From: a virus
Lineage: Duplodnaviria; Caudoviricetes
DNA length: 64,000 nucleotides
IMG/VR virus record: IMGVR_UViG_3300021400_000063
Reading direction: 5' to 3' (one strand)
In this document: in pieces, positions 33,101-42,292 of the stretch
How positions within the stretch are numbered: position 1 is the stretch's first letter
How the letters are laid out: each line of letters opens with the position of its first letter
Translations under genes and position numbers: made by a program
Notes under the pieces: model-generated
Told to the model about the DNA's origin: nothing
Databases searched by the model: none
Seen by the model: only the letters and a program-made list of their open reading frames with translations

Positions 33101-35531
33101 TGTAATTACATTTGACGATCATGGTGCTGTATATTTTGGTTTAAATGATATGGATACTAATAAAAACTCTATTTCAGAGACATTATATGTATACGATCAA
33201 ACTAATAACAGAATAATAGGTGTATCTGGTTTTACTGATAATCCTAAAGATTATTCATTTAAAATAGATGTATCACACAAATTATTAATTATAGCATCTA
33301 AAAAGAATAAAGGATGTTATTATACAACATTAAATACTACGACATGTTCTAGATTATCTAGTACAGGAAGTAATCATTATTTTGTAAAATTGGAAGATAA
33401 TTCTTTACTTGTTTGTCCAAAGGATTCAAAATCTGGAATAGGTTATTTTGATATCAGTGGTAATTATGTTAATACTTGTGATTTACCAGATAATGTTTCT
33501 GCTATAACTAGAGTTAAACCGGTTGTAACTGAAACAATTGTTAATGTTCAATCATCATCAACAGATTCTTCACAATCATCTTCTAGTAGTGGAGAGTCAA
33601 GTCAACCTATAATAACTTCTACACCTATGAATATTTATGGTGCTTTAATTAGTACTAATATTGGAGTTATTCATTTATTGGCTCTAGCACAAGTAGATAC
33701 AACCACAGGTGAAACTACAGGTTCTAAAACATTATCAATGGGTAAGACTTATTCATTTGTAAGTGGAAATAGTCCATGTTATGTTTATAATAACATGAAA
33801 GTTATAGGTGTTAAAGATAATTCTAAGTTTATATGTAAAACTATAGAAGCTAAAGAACCAATGACTATTACATCTACAAGTGTTTTATTATCAAGTGAAT
33901 TGTTTAAATTTGGTAATGAAATAGAAATTTTTAATCCATCATATCCTTCAGAAACTTATAATGTAGATTATATGTGTGATACTGATGATGGAATTTATAC
34001 AATCTTAACTAGAACTGATTCAGATACTAAAGAATTATATTTTATTCCTTATAAAAATGATACTGAAATAATGTATTTGATTCGTTCAGAAATAGCCAAT
34101 ACTGTTACTAATGTGGATGTAATAGATACTATTAATATTTCATCTTCTAAAAAACCAGTAATCATAATTTATCCAAATAAATCATTAGATTTCATTTCTA
34201 TCACAACAACATCTTCTTCTATAAGTCCTTCAATAGTTGATTCTTATTTTAAAGATATAGATGATGAAATACCTTCTGATGATACATTGATTGTAAAACA
34301 AAGCGATTATGATTGGGAAAATATATCTGTTCCAAATGATAATAACATTTATATTCAAAATAAAAATTATGGTGTTATTTTATTTAAGAATGGTGTATCG
34401 ATTCATAAATTAATGAATTATTCTAATTTAACAACTGGTGATATTACTAAAGCTGATTTATTATTTGATTATCAAATAGTTAAAGCTAAAAGTATTACAT
34501 TATTTGCAAATAAATCTTCTGGAAGCAAATATGTTAAAAATGGATATGGATTATTTAAATCTGTAAATGATGGTGTAAATTATCAATATGCCGATACTTC
34601 ATCATATCATGATGGTGATATTGGAAGCATGGCTTATGATAAACATCACAATTGTATCTATTTTGGAACTTATCGTGATAAAACAATTTTTAATTATGAT
34701 TTCCTAGCAACAATTGCTGCTTTTGATATAGATGCTTATATATCTCAATTATCATATTATGAACTTAGTAAACTAGCTAAAAATCTAATGGAATCTTCAT
34801 CAACAACAATTAATGAAGGAATTCTTGATTTATTATCTAGTAAAAATGAAGATTTATCTTTTACTTATACAATTGATGAATTATTAACTGATGTAATCGA
34901 TTTATCTCTAAATACTCAAGAAAGCTGTCAAACATCATTGATGAGTTCTACATTATTTACAGAGTTAACTAATTATAAAACTGCTACTGAATTATTTGAT
35001 GATGTTACAAGTGACAATTTTAATGATGATATGACAAAAGATTTTATCACTAGTTATCCTGGAGAAATATCTATTGAAAATGAATTATTTCCTACAGATG
35101 TAGAAGATTTTTCAATAGGAGATATTGATGATATCGATAATGATGGTGATATAGATCAAGATGATTTAAATTGGTATCAAGCATTATTAAATGGTGGAGA
35201 AATCGATACAAAACTATCATTAAACGATTGGTTTAATAATTTAGCTAATGGTGTATATGGTAATGGAATGGGTAGTGTTCTATCATTAAGATTAACATAT
35301 GATAAACGAATAAAATATTTTGCCACATTACGAGCTAATAAATCACATTTCTTAATAAGTGGTAAATCATTATCTTCTGATGAAGTTGATTCTGATGTAG
35401 AAGGTCCTAATTCTATTATCGACCCTGCAACAGATCCAGAATCTCCAGAATATAAATGGTATCATAATACCGATTTTGCTTCTAAAGATTTTGAAAATTC
35501 TGATGAAAATGGTGAATTCTCTTGGCAATAA
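30126..35531 (+). CDS. very large probable virion protein (helical N-half, beta-propeller-like Ser/Thr-rich C-half; tail/baseplate-associated)
   Basis: About 1800 aa; ATG at 30126 after GGAG; late promoter; beta-strand-rich repeats; DxDxDG Ca-binding motif near the C-terminus. Confidence 0.6.
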   Translation: MGINTNSFENYKNTVEASEKGGFLSKLKGFGLDSLGGLDSFMGKDIINANKLLKSFKGFNLSDILSNLGGFFQNLALSALDMLKDMGMDALRQLQNASINFASNLVEDLYNNVRSMMYIPDNAFALTLQGLYEAGADLAYNDHYIRSSALQRDWTISLKFIDDQYGIDYNIRDYKDLEKDLAICAEHSCVNNLYYIFRKIYDQLNDVRSDIVVSETSLKPYSNTIKGFKLVSYDEIPNCDNLYVQIGEEKTKINKDTEQGINFIQNHKDMDYYTETIIDYEGIANGLYLGYNYETIETKNDVEAKYNAYLENVKLVKNIERLMLVYFKSLIVHSYTYLNASSVQKFFSDFDTVLLPKYYGKTDDKYNGTYAFTQNDCLIMMPDYKGNDVTKSDMYTQELLTQKNNEYIAVSGARSEASKAAMEALEAKNAAKTTTASAAEAGTTGAIAKIKAFRANAMEAVAKNQNVSYTANIKNGISKTLQNNSNSLWNRSGSGINAKQDSKRISSMYDRDVVKKYELVGSLSDALDEIDFLNKDTEYIVLRNKNIKQIYALLANPTIYGNNRMVNDYFYKRCQIKTMNTLNQSLAKAGSILGSSYAVQALFDLENAVDSSAYVYLKKVENYLLNPKEHSYYGMDTMFSSGNNMWTQFGDYFKQAYSWDDSISDDPELESIIEKLSEVSNTTSDTSSKTSVSEIDPIKDLTSENGANGETYAEILNQLDSENTAKLYVDNVVRFMSEISMLDLRDMLVKYLTAFYKYMKARDYEPDTYFETLIKSMSGIDGITHYDDLNSKVFSKSTHKTLLANGKFLVSIYALKNSYKYFLENEKDTNKEELTKIYNLVFAMGSADIQMSGTITGLYKFDKEQLNSLVKRNFFTSIDHLKSINDKTKPLIKTAPRYKDNLTKSFNYKFDLRGISGYSLDNDRILYVPENSTGDWNSIGVSNDKEIGSFFCKSNINGDGNGIYRRTYEGTTLNRIDVVSNSGTKITDREFFVITFDDHGAVYFGLNDMDTNKNSISETLYVYDQTNNRIIGVSGFTDNPKDYSFKIDVSHKLLIIASKKNKGCYYTTLNTTTCSRLSSTGSNHYFVKLEDNSLLVCPKDSKSGIGYFDISGNYVNTCDLPDNVSAITRVKPVVTETIVNVQSSSTDSSQSSSSSGESSQPIITSTPMNIYGALISTNIGVIHLLALAQVDTTTGETTGSKTLSMGKTYSFVSGNSPCYVYNNMKVIGVKDNSKFICKTIEAKEPMTITSTSVLLSSELFKFGNEIEIFNPSYPSETYNVDYMCDTDDGIYTILTRTDSDTKELYFIPYKNDTEIMYLIRSEIANTVTNVDVIDTINISSSKKPVIIIYPNKSLDFISITTTSSSISPSIVDSYFKDIDDEIPSDDTLIVKQSDYDWENISVPNDNNIYIQNKNYGVILFKNGVSIHKLMNYSNLTTGDITKADLLFDYQIVKAKSITLFANKSSGSKYVKNGYGLFKSVNDGVNYQYADTSSYHDGDIGSMAYDKHHNCIYFGTYRDKTIFNYDFLATIAAFDIDAYISQLSYYELSKLAKNLMESSSTTINEGILDLLSSKNEDLSFTYTIDELLTDVIDLSLNTQESCQTSLMSSTLFTELTNYKTATELFDDVTSDNFNDDMTKDFITSYPGEISIENELFPTDVEDFSIGDIDDIDNDGDIDQDDLNWYQALLNGGEIDTKLSLNDWFNNLANGVYGNGMGSVLSLRLTYDKRIKYFATLRANKSHFLISGKSLSSDEVDSDVEGPNSIIDPATDPESPEYKWYHNTDFASKDFENSDENGEFSWQ

Positions 35532-35536
35532 ATATT

Positions 35537-35563
35537 AAAGATGGAGCATAAAGCTCCATCTTT
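35537..35563. terminator. bidirectional terminator between convergent genes
   Basis: AAAGATGGAGC-ataaa-GCTCCATCTTT. Confidence 0.7.
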
Positions 35564-35567
35564 TATT

Positions 35568-36404
35568 TTATTCAGGTTTAATAATAGATTTGAAAATTTC
35601 GATATCTTCATCATAGAATGTATTATTAATAGTAATATTCATTCTAGAATGTTCAGCAATTTTAACAAATTCTTCCATAGCAGCTTTATTTGTGAAGAAA
35701 TACATCTTATTAGGAACTTTAGGATCGTTAACATTTATTGTTGGATCATCATGACGTCCAACTATATCTTTAATAAGAGACATATAAATTCCGCAGAGAA
35801 TGATATATTTATTGAATGCTGCACCGTTATAATTAAAATCATATTCATTGATTTTATTATTTTTCATAAACATACAGAAATGATTTATAGCCATTCTGTA
35901 TTCACCAGAACTTATAGTAGAATTTAAAGATGCTATTTCATCAGTCAATAAAGATAACATTTTATCTTCTGAAATAGTATTAGTTTTTGTTTTATTCAAG
36001 AATGGACAATCCTCTTTATCAAAAGAACCAAAGTTTACACCTGAGATCTGATCGATTTTAATTAAAAATGTTGAGACACCATCTATAAAATTTGGTTTAT
36101 TGTTATTTTGTGTAACATATAATGCACCATTATTGTTATATGCATAGAAATAGATGAAATCATCGCCTATGAATTTAGCTTTAGCTACGAATATTGGTTG
36201 ATTAAAACCGTTAACATATACTGAATACATTAATCGTTTATTTCTTGGTTTATTACCATTAAAATCTTCAATAGCATGTAACAAATCCATAATTGTATTG
36301 TTACCATCCATAAATTGAGCTGTTAATTCTGGATCATAAAGACTGAAAGATCGATCTTTCGGATCAATAATATCTGCTGATGTTATATAAAAATTTTGTA
36401 TCAT
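35568..36404 (-). CDS. hypothetical protein
   Basis: 278 aa; AAGGAG SD on the minus strand; late-type promoter upstream. Confidence 0.85.
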   Translation of the reverse strand: MIQNFYITSADIIDPKDRSFSLYDPELTAQFMDGNNTIMDLLHAIEDFNGNKPRNKRLMYSVYVNGFNQPIFVAKAKFIGDDFIYFYAYNNNGALYVTQNNNKPNFIDGVSTFLIKIDQISGVNFGSFDKEDCPFLNKTKTNTISEDKMLSLLTDEIASLNSTISSGEYRMAINHFCMFMKNNKINEYDFNYNGAAFNKYIILCGIYMSLIKDIVGRHDDPTINVNDPKVPNKMYFFTNKAAMEEFVKIAEHSRMNITINNTFYDEDIEIFKSIIKPE

Positions 36405-36435
36405 AGGAAATAACTCCTTAATTTAGTTTAGATTT

Positions 36436-36470
36436 TATATTAATATGTCGACCTATGACAAATTAATATA
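36436..36470. promoter_or_regulatory. back-to-back divergent late promoters
   Basis: GACATATTAATATA on the minus strand (36449-36436) and GACAAATTAATATA on the plus strand (36457-36470). Confidence 0.65.
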
Positions 36471-36494
36471 TTCTTTATAAGAAAGGAGTAAATT

Positions 36495-36950
36495 GTGAAT
36501 GAAAAAACTATTAAAAAGATTATTATTTGTATTATTGTTGGTTTTATTTGTGCTTGCACCTTGCTTGGCACAGGAATCGGAATTGGATACAGAATTGCAA
36601 CAAAATCATCAGATGGAAGAGCTTCAGAAACCATTGGAGACCTTAAATCTGACATTTCCACTCTTAAATCTGAAAAAGAACGACTTACAGACGAACGAGA
36701 TAAACTTATTTCCGAACTTGCAGTTTCCAACGGTAAACTCGAATCCATTGCAACCGAACTCAAACGATGTAGTGAAGACTATGCTCAACAATCAGCTGAA
36801 TACAGTAAACGAATTGAGGGAGCTAACCTTGACGTACTCGAATACAATAGAATCTACGTTGAAGGAGTCCTTGGAATCTGCGACACAATGGAAAGAACAA
36901 TCAATACTATTGCAGCAACATGTGGATACGATAACACAGAAATTAAATGA
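36495..36950 (+). CDS. N-terminal TM plus coiled-coil protein (i-spanin-like), overlapping 36499..37266 in another frame
   Basis: GTG start after AAGGAG; hydrophobic residues 9-31, then a heptad coiled coil. Confidence 0.55.
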   Translation: MNEKTIKKIIICIIVGFICACTLLGTGIGIGYRIATKSSDGRASETIGDLKSDISTLKSEKERLTDERDKLISELAVSNGKLESIATELKRCSEDYAQQSAEYSKRIEGANLDVLEYNRIYVEGVLGICDTMERTINTIAATCGYDNTEIK

Positions 36951-37266
36951 AGTAGTTGAAGAAAATAAGCAGATTGAAGCTGCTTTAATTTCTAATAACG
37001 AAGATGAACATAATACTAATTTATTATTTGGTGAGGCTTTAGAGAGAGCTGAATTAGCAGAAAAACAAGTAGTTAAATTAGAACGAGCATTCGACAATGC
37101 TATAATAGGTTTTAGTATTGGTGGTACTGGAATTGGTGTTGGTACAGGAATTATGACTGCTGGAATAGTTAATGGTGAAGTAGATAAAATAATAACTGGT
37201 GCAGGTATCGATTTAGCATCAGTTGGATTCTGGTTAATAGGCCATTATGTATTTAAAATTTTCTAA
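36499..37266 (+). CDS. signal peptide, coiled-coil and C-terminal hydrophobic protein (lysis/spanin-like candidate)
   Basis: MKKLLKRLLFVLLLVLFVLAPCLAQ signal; Gly-rich hydrophobic C-terminus. Confidence 0.7.
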   Translation: MKKLLKRLLFVLLLVLFVLAPCLAQESELDTELQQNHQMEELQKPLETLNLTFPLLNLKKNDLQTNEINLFPNLQFPTVNSNPLQPNSNDVVKTMLNNQLNTVNELRELTLTYSNTIESTLKESLESATQWKEQSILLQQHVDTITQKLNEVVEENKQIEAALISNNEDEHNTNLLFGEALERAELAEKQVVKLERAFDNAIIGFSIGGTGIGVGTGIMTAGIVNGEVDKIITGAGIDLASVGFWLIGHYVFKIF

Positions 37267-37360
37267 TAAAAAGGTGCGTTAAATCGCACCTTTTATGTTT
37301 ATTAAAAATAAAAATACTTATATATTTTTCACTTAATACGTATTAAGGAGGCCAACAAAT

Positions 37361-38662
37361 ATGGCAGAAGAAAATGTAAATTCAGTTGCAACTGGAAATG
37401 GAGAACCTGTAATTTCGCAGGCTAAGGCAAGACAGAAGGTAAGATTCGTAATTATTACCGAAGGTCAAGGTGGAGCTAACATTGGTATGACTCTTAAGAG
37501 TTGTTTACCAAATAATCCATACTTGATTGCCGTCAACACAAGTGATCAGGATCTTGATCAGTTGAATCTTCCTGATGCTCAGAAATTCAAAATCGGAGGT
37601 GCTAATGCTGATGGTGCTGGTAAAAACAGAAACCGTGCAAAAGCATACTTCAAAGGATATTCTGCAGATTTCCAGGGACAGAAATTCGATGCTCTTCAGA
37701 CATTTGTAGCTTATTATGAAGAAGTACTGTTTCATCCTGAAGTACAGACAATCATTATCAACTGTTTCTCAGCTGATGGTGGTACTGGTTCTGGAATTGG
37801 ACCTATGTTAACAACTTATCTTACTAACTATGTTAATAAGGCTGAGAAGTTCTCATACAATGGAAAGGAATATGTTATTGATGATCTCACCAATACGGTT
37901 CCACGTCCAGTTGTAATTGGTATCGTTCCAAAATGTTCTGTATCAGCAGGTCAGCAGAATCTTCAGAATACAATTGAATGTTTCGTTGACATCCAGAATG
38001 CAATTGATAAGGGATTAGCTAACTTCTTCATCGCTGATAACAATTTACCTTCATCAGTTAAATACACAAATACTGATGAAATGTATCGTATCATCAATGC
38101 AAGAATTGCTATGCCTATTCTCAAATTCCTTGGAATTGAAATGAACTCATCATTGAAATGTATGGATCTTCAGGATAAAGTAAACACACTTCGTATTCCT
38201 GGATGTTCAGCATTCCTTTCAATCAGCAATGAAAACAAATTCCAGTTCACAATTCCACAGGGTCAGTCTTGTAAACGTATTGTAGAAATGCTTAAGTTTA
38301 CTGAAGATGGTGCAGAAGAAAAAGCTGCTAAGCAGATCCGCACAAATTATGACATTATGTCTCGTGACATCATGTCAGTATTCTTTGAACTTGATAAAAT
38401 GAGTATTGATGGAGTAGATTCTATTTCTAAAGAACTCATTGAAGAATCTATGATTGGATTCTTTGGATTCACTTCATTGAATGCTGTGGTTGAAGATCTT
38501 CGTGCAAATCTTCGTCGTTTGACAGAATCAAATGAAAAGAAAGCAGAAGTTCTTAAATCTGAATCAGTAGGTTTCTCTTCTGTAAAAGAAGATGCTGCTG
38601 CACTTCAGGATGCTTTCGGGGCAAAGACTATGTCTAATGAACAGCTTGCTGATCTGTTCTAA
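37361..38662 (+). CDS. phuZ: tubulin/FtsZ-family GTPase (PhuZ-like)
   Basis: GQGGANIG, 'NTS..D', 'GAGKN', signature DGGTGSG, 'DN', 'IN'. Confidence 0.88.
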   Translation: MAEENVNSVATGNGEPVISQAKARQKVRFVIITEGQGGANIGMTLKSCLPNNPYLIAVNTSDQDLDQLNLPDAQKFKIGGANADGAGKNRNRAKAYFKGYSADFQGQKFDALQTFVAYYEEVLFHPEVQTIIINCFSADGGTGSGIGPMLTTYLTNYVNKAEKFSYNGKEYVIDDLTNTVPRPVVIGIVPKCSVSAGQQNLQNTIECFVDIQNAIDKGLANFFIADNNLPSSVKYTNTDEMYRIINARIAMPILKFLGIEMNSSLKCMDLQDKVNTLRIPGCSAFLSISNENKFQFTIPQGQSCKRIVEMLKFTEDGAEEKAAKQIRTNYDIMSRDIMSVFFELDKMSIDGVDSISKELIEESMIGFFGFTSLNAVVEDLRANLRRLTESNEKKAEVLKSESVGFSSVKEDAAALQDAFGAKTMSNEQLADLF

Positions 38663-38724
38663 TCCTTAAGTTATCTTAAGTACTGAAAGAGGGAACTTTA
38701 ATAGTTCCCTCTTTTTTTTTCTTT

Positions 38725-38763
38725 TATATATTATTATAATGAATAGAATTTGTATGAATTCTA
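38725..38763 (+). promoter_or_regulatory. early-type promoter 17-mer plus leader hairpin
   Basis: TATATATTATTATAATG, then TAGAATTT-gtat-GAATTCTA. Confidence 0.65.
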
Positions 38764-38786
38764 ATAACATTTAAAGGAGAAAAATT

Positions 38787-39095
38787 ATGGATGTTTTTGA
38801 AACTGTCTTAAATGATAGAAAACGAACACAAGAATTTCTTTTAAAATCTTTTTCTGAAGGAAAAATTTCTGAAGAAACATTTATTAAAATGGTTGGAGAT
38901 TTTGATAGCAAATTTTATAAATTTTCAATAGCTCATGATGAGATGACTAATTATTTTAATTTAGCTAACAAATGTCTCGAAGCTTCTTCCAAACCTAAAT
39001 CATTTATAGAATCTTTTAGTTCTATAGCAGATTCATTTGTAAAAAGTGTCGATTTATTACAAGATCAACAGAATAATAAACAAACTAATACATAA
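38787..39095 (+). CDS. hypothetical protein (early cassette)
   Basis: 102 aa, AAGGAG SD. Confidence 0.75.
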   Translation: MDVFETVLNDRKRTQEFLLKSFSEGKISEETFIKMVGDFDSKFYKFSIAHDEMTNYFNLANKCLEASSKPKSFIESFSSIADSFVKSVDLLQDQQNNKQTNT

Positions 39096-39156
39096 TTGTT
39101 TATTAGATTGGTTGTTAGAAGGGAACTTTAATAGTTCCCTCTTTTTTTTCATCGAA

Positions 39157-39170
39157 AACATTATTATATA
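39157..39170 (+). promoter_or_regulatory. putative late promoter
   Basis: AACATTATTATATA. Confidence 0.6.
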
Positions 39171-39193
39171 CATTGTAAATAAGGAGTAATTTT

Positions 39194-41452
39194 ATGGCTC
39201 AGAATATAATTGATGCTACTGGTACATCATTAGCTAATACAGCAAAATTCTTCTTTTACGTTAAAGGTTCCAAAGATTATCCTATTGATCAGGTAGTTTC
39301 TGATAAATTCGGATATGATAATACTGGTGATGGAACATTCGCACAAACAGCTATCTTTGATACAAGTATTAAAGATATATTGATTAGAACTACTAATCCT
39401 AAACAGATTGATAATTTGTATAGCTTGTACAGCGATTCATCAAATGGTATTTCGGCCAAAAGTGAAAGAACAGGACTTAATATCCGTAATGATAGATCTC
39501 AAGAATATCTATCATCTATTATTATTGATAATGGTAAGGTAATGTCTAATGAAGTTACCGAACCAACACGTTTTGTTGATCATATCGATCCTAACTATAC
39601 AACTTTCGATGGTAAAACTTATACATTAGAAAATGTAAAATTATTTAAATCTGGTGGAAAAACAGAAAATAATATTTATCCTCTTGAACATATTTTTTGG
39701 CAGAAGATTTATACCATTTGTGAATTTATTAAGAAGTATGAATCTGAAATTATCAATATGTATGTTGATAGTTCGCTTAAATATCCATCATTTATTAGAA
39801 ATGCTTCAGATGAAAAACTTTCAGCTTGGTATGGTAGTTCTGAAAATGTAGCTGCCATGAAACGTGATCTCGAAGCTGAATCTGAAATCGGAAGATTTAT
39901 TTCACTTTTCATTGGTAAATGTACAGATAATAGTAAATATTTCCAAACTAAATATGAATCTGGTGAGGAAGTTATTGCTGGTGGTGCTATTAAATATAAT
40001 CCTTTCCGTTGGAAGGAAATGACTGGAGACGATACTCTTCGTCATACAGATGGTGAAGCTCTCTCTATTGATGAAGAACAGGAAATGTTCTATAATTCTG
40101 AAGTTCTTAATCTTCAGTATGTTTATGGAACTGCTAATTTTGAACCTTCATCTAAAGAAGGACGTATTAAGAAATTCTCTTTTGAAGTAAGGGCTAGTTA
40201 TACAGATACTATTTCTAAGACTTGGGTAATTGTTTGTTATCTCGATCCTGATGCATTTGTTAATTCATCTAGTGTAGCACAATATGCTGTTTACACATAT
40301 AATGATGAAGATATGGATGGTGTTGAAGGAGCAGCTGATGATAATTATGGAATTTATGATAACGATTATGCTAATGTTGCATCTGAATCAGCAACACTTA
40401 AAAATAATTTCGTTTCATCTCAATCTGAATTCCAGAAAAATATAATTCAAGCTATTACAGATATTATGAAGGATGGAACTTATAAATATTATCAAGAGTT
40501 CCAGACTTTACGTGTTACACCTACTATCGATTCTGAAAATAAAAAGAACTTAGTTTGGGATGCTGTAAATCATTCCATTATGCAGAAATTCTATATTTTC
40601 TACGGTAGTGAATCACAAGCTCCTACATTAGCACAACAGATTGCTGCTGTAAAAGATTATATTAAGCGTCTCCATACAAGTGGTCATTGTCATCCAATGC
40701 AATATGATGATGACGGAAATATTACTTATATTGGACATAGTGATACAGATCTTGATATGTTCTTATCTAAGATGTATCCTGAATTGTTCACTACAACAGA
40801 AGTTTATATTATTCCAACTAACACATTGATTAATAGTCTTGGCGACAGATTCGATCCAGATAACTATTTTGGAACTGCTAATATTGAAGATGCTCACGAT
40901 CAGATTAAAAATCTTAATGGTGTATTTAGTTTGTTCGAATACGCTTCAAACGGAAGAGCTTCTCTCGTATCTTCTGGAGAAAAACAGAAAAATCTTCCTC
41001 TTGAATTTATTCACATTGGTTCTCTTAATGGACAGGAAACTTCTGGACAAAATAGTTTGGATTTAAAATATCCAATGCCTTTGATTTGTACAGCTTTTGG
41101 TACAACAGATGCTAGGCCACTTACAAGTCTTTCAGGTTTCGCTAATTACGAAACTAAGATTTTTAATTATAATCAATCTAATATGAACACATTCAATTAT
41201 GCTGATAAGTTACAGATTGTTCTTATTAAGCTTATGGAAGCAATGTTTACAAACGATAATAATGCAAGTTATTATTCATCAATTGCTGGTGTTAAAATTG
41301 ATTACGAAATCGATAGAAATGCTGATAGTGATTTACAAACTAGTGGTTATAAGAAAAATGTTGCTAAGTTTGTCATCAACAATGTTAACTTTACAGTTAT
41401 TGCTCATAAGGGTAAAGCTTTTGCTAAATCTTTAAATTATGTAGAAGTATAA
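39194..41452 (+). CDS. probable virion structural protein
   Basis: 752 aa; late promoter, AAGGAG SD; 'YPELF..TE..IIP' segment. Confidence 0.55.
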   Translation: MAQNIIDATGTSLANTAKFFFYVKGSKDYPIDQVVSDKFGYDNTGDGTFAQTAIFDTSIKDILIRTTNPKQIDNLYSLYSDSSNGISAKSERTGLNIRNDRSQEYLSSIIIDNGKVMSNEVTEPTRFVDHIDPNYTTFDGKTYTLENVKLFKSGGKTENNIYPLEHIFWQKIYTICEFIKKYESEIINMYVDSSLKYPSFIRNASDEKLSAWYGSSENVAAMKRDLEAESEIGRFISLFIGKCTDNSKYFQTKYESGEEVIAGGAIKYNPFRWKEMTGDDTLRHTDGEALSIDEEQEMFYNSEVLNLQYVYGTANFEPSSKEGRIKKFSFEVRASYTDTISKTWVIVCYLDPDAFVNSSSVAQYAVYTYNDEDMDGVEGAADDNYGIYDNDYANVASESATLKNNFVSSQSEFQKNIIQAITDIMKDGTYKYYQEFQTLRVTPTIDSENKKNLVWDAVNHSIMQKFYIFYGSESQAPTLAQQIAAVKDYIKRLHTSGHCHPMQYDDDGNITYIGHSDTDLDMFLSKMYPELFTTTEVYIIPTNTLINSLGDRFDPDNYFGTANIEDAHDQIKNLNGVFSLFEYASNGRASLVSSGEKQKNLPLEFIHIGSLNGQETSGQNSLDLKYPMPLICTAFGTTDARPLTSLSGFANYETKIFNYNQSNMNTFNYADKLQIVLIKLMEAMFTNDNNASYYSSIAGVKIDYEIDRNADSDLQTSGYKKNVAKFVINNVNFTVIAHKGKAFAKSLNYVEV

Positions 41453-41471
41453 TTTGTGAGGTAATTCCACT

Positions 41472-42194
41472 ATGATTGAAGAACTTGAATATGGTAAAAG
41501 CTATGCTATATACTTAAATAGTTTATATGGTGGATATAAATCAAATGTACGAATAATTGGTAAGACTAATATAGATAATGTGGTTAGTAACAATGATGAT
41601 GATTACAATATCTATAAAACTTATTTTGAACCTGTTGGTTTAGGTCTTACCAGTTATTATTCGGCTATTAAACCGGAAACAACTATCTATATCGGATTAG
41701 TAGTAGATTCATTAGAACCTTATTCTTACACTGAAGAAAAAGTATTTATTCCAGAATCTTTAATAGATTTTGATAAAAGTGAAGAATATATTAAGGTTTC
41801 TAAAATAAGCTTCAATATCTATCCTATAGTAAGGAAATTTAGTACCGAAACAGATAGAGACGAATTTATAACAAAGACTAAAACTGAGTTATTAAATCGT
41901 GTAAAAGGTCTTATTGAATTTTGTAATCTTGATACAGAAGTTGAAAGTGATTATTCTGATTTATATATCACGAAAGAAGAATATGATGTTCTTGATACTG
42001 CTAGAGAATCTGTTTATAAATCATTCCGAAAAAGAATGATTGAATTAGATAACGCTGCTCGTATCAAGGAAGCAAATTATAATACTAAACTTGCTGAGTT
42101 GGATTCTAAAATAAAAGAATATGAAAAAGCTAAGCAAGAAATGGAAAATACTAAGAATAAATATCAAGGTATGATTGATTTATTAGAAAATTAA
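41472..42194 (+). CDS. hypothetical (probable virion) protein with C-terminal coiled coil
   Basis: 240 aa, GAGGT SD. Confidence 0.75.
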   Translation: MIEELEYGKSYAIYLNSLYGGYKSNVRIIGKTNIDNVVSNNDDDYNIYKTYFEPVGLGLTSYYSAIKPETTIYIGLVVDSLEPYSYTEEKVFIPESLIDFDKSEEYIKVSKISFNIYPIVRKFSTETDRDEFITKTKTELLNRVKGLIEFCNLDTEVESDYSDLYITKEEYDVLDTARESVYKSFRKRMIELDNAARIKEANYNTKLAELDSKIKEYEKAKQEMENTKNKYQGMIDLLEN

Positions 42195-42292
42195 TCAATT
42201 TTATAATGTAGGAGATTTATTCTCCTACATTTATATTTTTAATTATTAGCTTACATTTTTATATATTTAGTACTAAATAATAGGAGTCATAT

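Larger units (their letters stand above)
38690..39149 (+). repeat. 30-bp direct repeat (duplicated terminator) at 38690-38719 and 39120-39149 flanking a one-gene cassette
   Basis: AGGGAACTTTAATAGTTCCCTCTTTTTTTT present twice. Confidence 0.9.
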
